Shown here in pieces: positions 61,101 through 64,000 of a DNA stretch of 64,000 bases. Under the pieces are notes generated by a model. It made no database searches and was not told the DNA's origin. It saw nothing but the letters and a program-made list of their open reading frames with translations. The position numbers and the translations under genes are program-made. Position 1 is the first letter of the stretch. Each line of letters opens with the position of its first letter. This DNA comes from Cenococcum geophilum (taxonomy: Eukaryota), in contig CP158636.1 of the NCBI GenBank assembly GCA_050273025.1, positions 2,914,001-2,978,000 of the forward strand. Direction: 5' to 3'.

Positions 61101-64000
61101 TATATCTAGGGGGCCTAGGTATATGTTAATCTAGCACATTTATAACATGTCCTATATATACTTAGCGCTAATATTTTATAGCTATCTACCTATTTAAAAT
61201 CGGGTGCCTTTATTAACGATATAAAGTACGGGCCTGCTGTTAATGTATATAATATTAATAATAATGTAGTAGTTAAAATTAACGTTATCCTTTAAGGTAA
61301 ATCTAAATCTGCCTAGTAACTTTCCGTGCTTTTAATAGTATAAGCAGTAGCGGGTAATATACTTAAGGGTTTTACAATTAGTATCGTTTTTATAGCCAGC
61401 GCGGTCTAATATTCTTTTAAGTTGCTATACTAATAGATATCTAAAGCGTTAGTGTAGGCGTTACAATTCTATATTAGTTAAGTAGTATGGGTTTTAGTTA
61501 AAAGACTTTGTAATAAATATATGTAATAAAGTATTCTATAGTAGAAACAGGTGTCCAAATTAGCGCATGACTGGTATGGTCTTTAAGGGGGTTATTAGGA
61601 CATTCTTTAGGTTGTTAAAGTACACTTATAAGTTGTCTATATCTGCTAAGCAAAGTAGGAAAAGGGTATTAACTTTAATAACGTAAAACTCTACTGTGCC
61701 TATTAGTGTAACTACTTTAATAAAACTAATAGAAGATGTGGAACCTATTCAAAACTATACGCTAACTATGCCTTTCGTAGACTTATTTAACTATACTTTA
61801 TAAATCTTCTAAAGTGTAAGGAACTAACTATATCCTATTATAGAACGTTTAGAGGCTTTAGTGTTAATTATTATACCTATAAACTTTGTAGAGGTATAGT
61901 ATAAGGTTGTATTGTACGCAAACGGGTCTATATTAGTAAGGAATGCATCTATTATAGTATTGATAGTTATAACTACGTAGCTATATACTCTATTAGCCAG
62001 TTCTAAAGCTATAGTGGTTGCATTATCTAGTTCGATCTCGCTGTATAAAGTATAGTATGCTATGGCCTAGTCGTCTTCGTTTAATAGGGTGCTGGAGTTT
62101 ATGTTAACTACTAGGGCGTTAAATGCGTTAGTAATCTCATTATCTAAGTCGTTATCCTTATTGTTATCGCCTTCGTAGTCTATAATATATTACTTTATTC
62201 ATTCCTAAAAGTGGTCCTTAAACTTATTTTTAAACTTAGTCTTAGACTCTTTTTGCTCCTCCTTAGTATGTTTCTATAAGTAATATCCTTCCCTATTATA
62301 TACGAAGCAACATAGTTTTTATTGGTTGCGGTTATATAAGGGGTTTCTGCGGTTGCTACGGTTATTATCTCTTCTATAGAATTGTCGGTTTATAAAGAAA
62401 GCTTATATCTTCTCCGTATACTCTTTCTTATATACTATAATAGACGATTAAAGTTTATTAATAAGGGCTCTAAAGTTATCCGGTGGGTTAGAGACTATAT
62501 ATCTATATGCTAGTATTCCTTAGTAAAAAGTGACAATTTTGTTATAAAGGAAGTCTATGGTTTATAGAGTAGGTCTAAGGCTATACTATAGTTAACAAAG
62601 TCTATAAATTAGTAATTAGAGGCATTCGCTTATAGACTTATCTATATTTCCTACTATTACTATTATAAGTATAATAATATTCTACTTGTCTAGGTTCTTG
62701 CGTTAAAATCCTAGTCCTTTAAAGAAATTCTAAAGGTGCTTATAGGCTTTGGCAAATAGTAGGCGGGATAGTTAGTTTATATAGAAGTGGTTTAAAGCTA
62801 GTCCTTTTAATATAGTAGGGAATGCCTTAAGGTAAGCTTCTTATGGTACGTCTGCTTAATTATAGATATTATAGAATATTATTAATTTATAGTTAAGGCT
62901 TTTGTTTATGCTACTATATTTCTACTCCTCTATATATATCTTAGTTATATTCGCAATTTCCTTACTATAATTAGTTGCAGTAACAGGGCGGTTCTCCTTA
63001 TTTGTGGGTTATATGTGGAGTTATTATATTATTATGGGTTAAAGTATAACGGATAGTGTAAAAGTAGAGGTAGTTTGTATACCGGTTAGTTAGGTTGCAG
63101 TAGCTTTAGCTTATTATTACTCCTTTAAGGTACCCTTTGTTATATATACCTTAATTAATCTAGATAGCGTCGGTCCGTACTTATTGTTAGCTAATTTAAT
63201 TATCTCTCTGCTTTATTCGGTTTGGTCTTTTTTTTAATACTATATTATATAAAGACTAAGGGAGCGTTTTACCTTGTTTATAGTTAATACTAACCTATAC
63301 TCCTCTAATATTTAGGTAGTTATATAGTTGCTAAAGCTAGTATAAGGGGATCTGCGTAAAGATATTAACCGTAAAGTCCTTAAAATCTCCCTGGAACGAT
63401 TCCTAGAGTATTAAGTTTAGCTAGTTGTATATCTCTATATATACGTACATCTTATATTATAAGTAGTTAGTTAGTTTGTCTTTAAAGGCTTCCGTTAGGT
63501 TAATTTTATCTTCTTATTTAGCTGCTTCTTCCTTTTAGTCTTTCTTTATTCCTAATATCTTGTGTTTTATATATTATTTAAGTAAGTAAGGGTATTCGTA
63601 GGGTAGAGGTAGGGGAGTAGTTAAGGAGGCGGTTAAGGAGGTAGTTGAGTTGTTTAAGTTAGGTAAAGGGTAAGGTGTTCTGCGCAGTAATCTTCTGGAA
63701 TAGATAGAACGAGAAAAATAAATTATTGTAGATATTTGTCCAAATTCTATGAATGGAGATTCAGATATTTAGAAGTCGTTGTGGATACTAAATAAGTACT
63801 TCTAGGTGGTTTCTCTTCTTCTCTTTAACTGAAATAGGCTAATAGGAAAGGTAGATAAGTATAACTATCTTCTAATCTACTGCAAGGTGGACAGTATAAC
63901 TGTCTTTTAAGCTATCTACGTGTTTCCTAATCTATACACGCTTACTAATTAGTGTTAGGATACTTTAATATGGTGCAATAGACGTAATATACGTGCAGTG
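58131..64000 (-). mobile_element. Copia (GalEa-like) element H, a different family from E; 5' LTR truncated by window end
   Basis: 3' LTR at 58131-58332 and matching LTR start at 63953-64000. Minus-strand motifs: knuckle CFVC..EGC.S.KH (~62270-62312), PR (IDTGAS ~61855-61872), IN, RT (LQTDDTL ~59503-59523), RH (EKRL.IDVM ~58712-58740). Confidence 0.92.
60862..61209. repeat. 171-bp tandem duplication inside the H integrase
   Basis: GTGCCT recurs at 60862, 61033 and 61204 (171-bp period). The two units differ at one visible site (gtatgc vs gtgtgc). Confidence 0.95.

Noticed and set aside
1..64000. Alternative genetic code (TAA/TAG read-through) or organellar origin to explain the many in-frame stops
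   Set aside because: Stops differ between sister copies and map to CAA/CAG/TGG codons, which is the RIP signature.
1..64000. Telomeric repeat tracts, rRNA/tRNA genes, DNA transposase or tyrosine recombinase genes
   Set aside because: Only isolated TTAGGG hexamers occur, and essentially all sequence is accounted for by the elements listed.

Overview
This window is AT-rich DNA from a filamentous ascomycete (taxon inferred), heavily altered by repeat-induced point mutation (RIP). TpA is abundant, CpA/TpG is depleted, and paired repeats differ almost only by C>T/G>A changes. I found no intact host gene, and the supplied ORFs are RIP-broken fragments or shadows. The whole window resolves, by paired LTRs and target-site duplications (TSDs), into nested retroelements. 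The outermost is minus-strand Gypsy chromovirus A, which holds a solo LTR, Gypsy B1, a gag-only Copia C, and Gypsy F. F in turn holds a short non-LTR insert, Copia E1, Gypsy B2, Gypsy G and Copia H. E1 holds Copia E2 (which holds Gypsy D) and a 1-kb SINE-like insert, and G holds an unclassified hairpin-repeat element. Main finding: after reversing RIP by eye, two distinct Gypsy families (B, two copies; D, one copy) each carry an antisense gene between pol and the 3' LTR. Each gene starts about 110 nt from the LTR, encodes a six-cysteine Zn(II)2Cys6-like cluster, and has a spliceosomal-type intron just after that cluster. Palindromic 3'-UTR modules are also shared across different retroelement families. 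All protein reconstructions are manual inferences; no database search was run.
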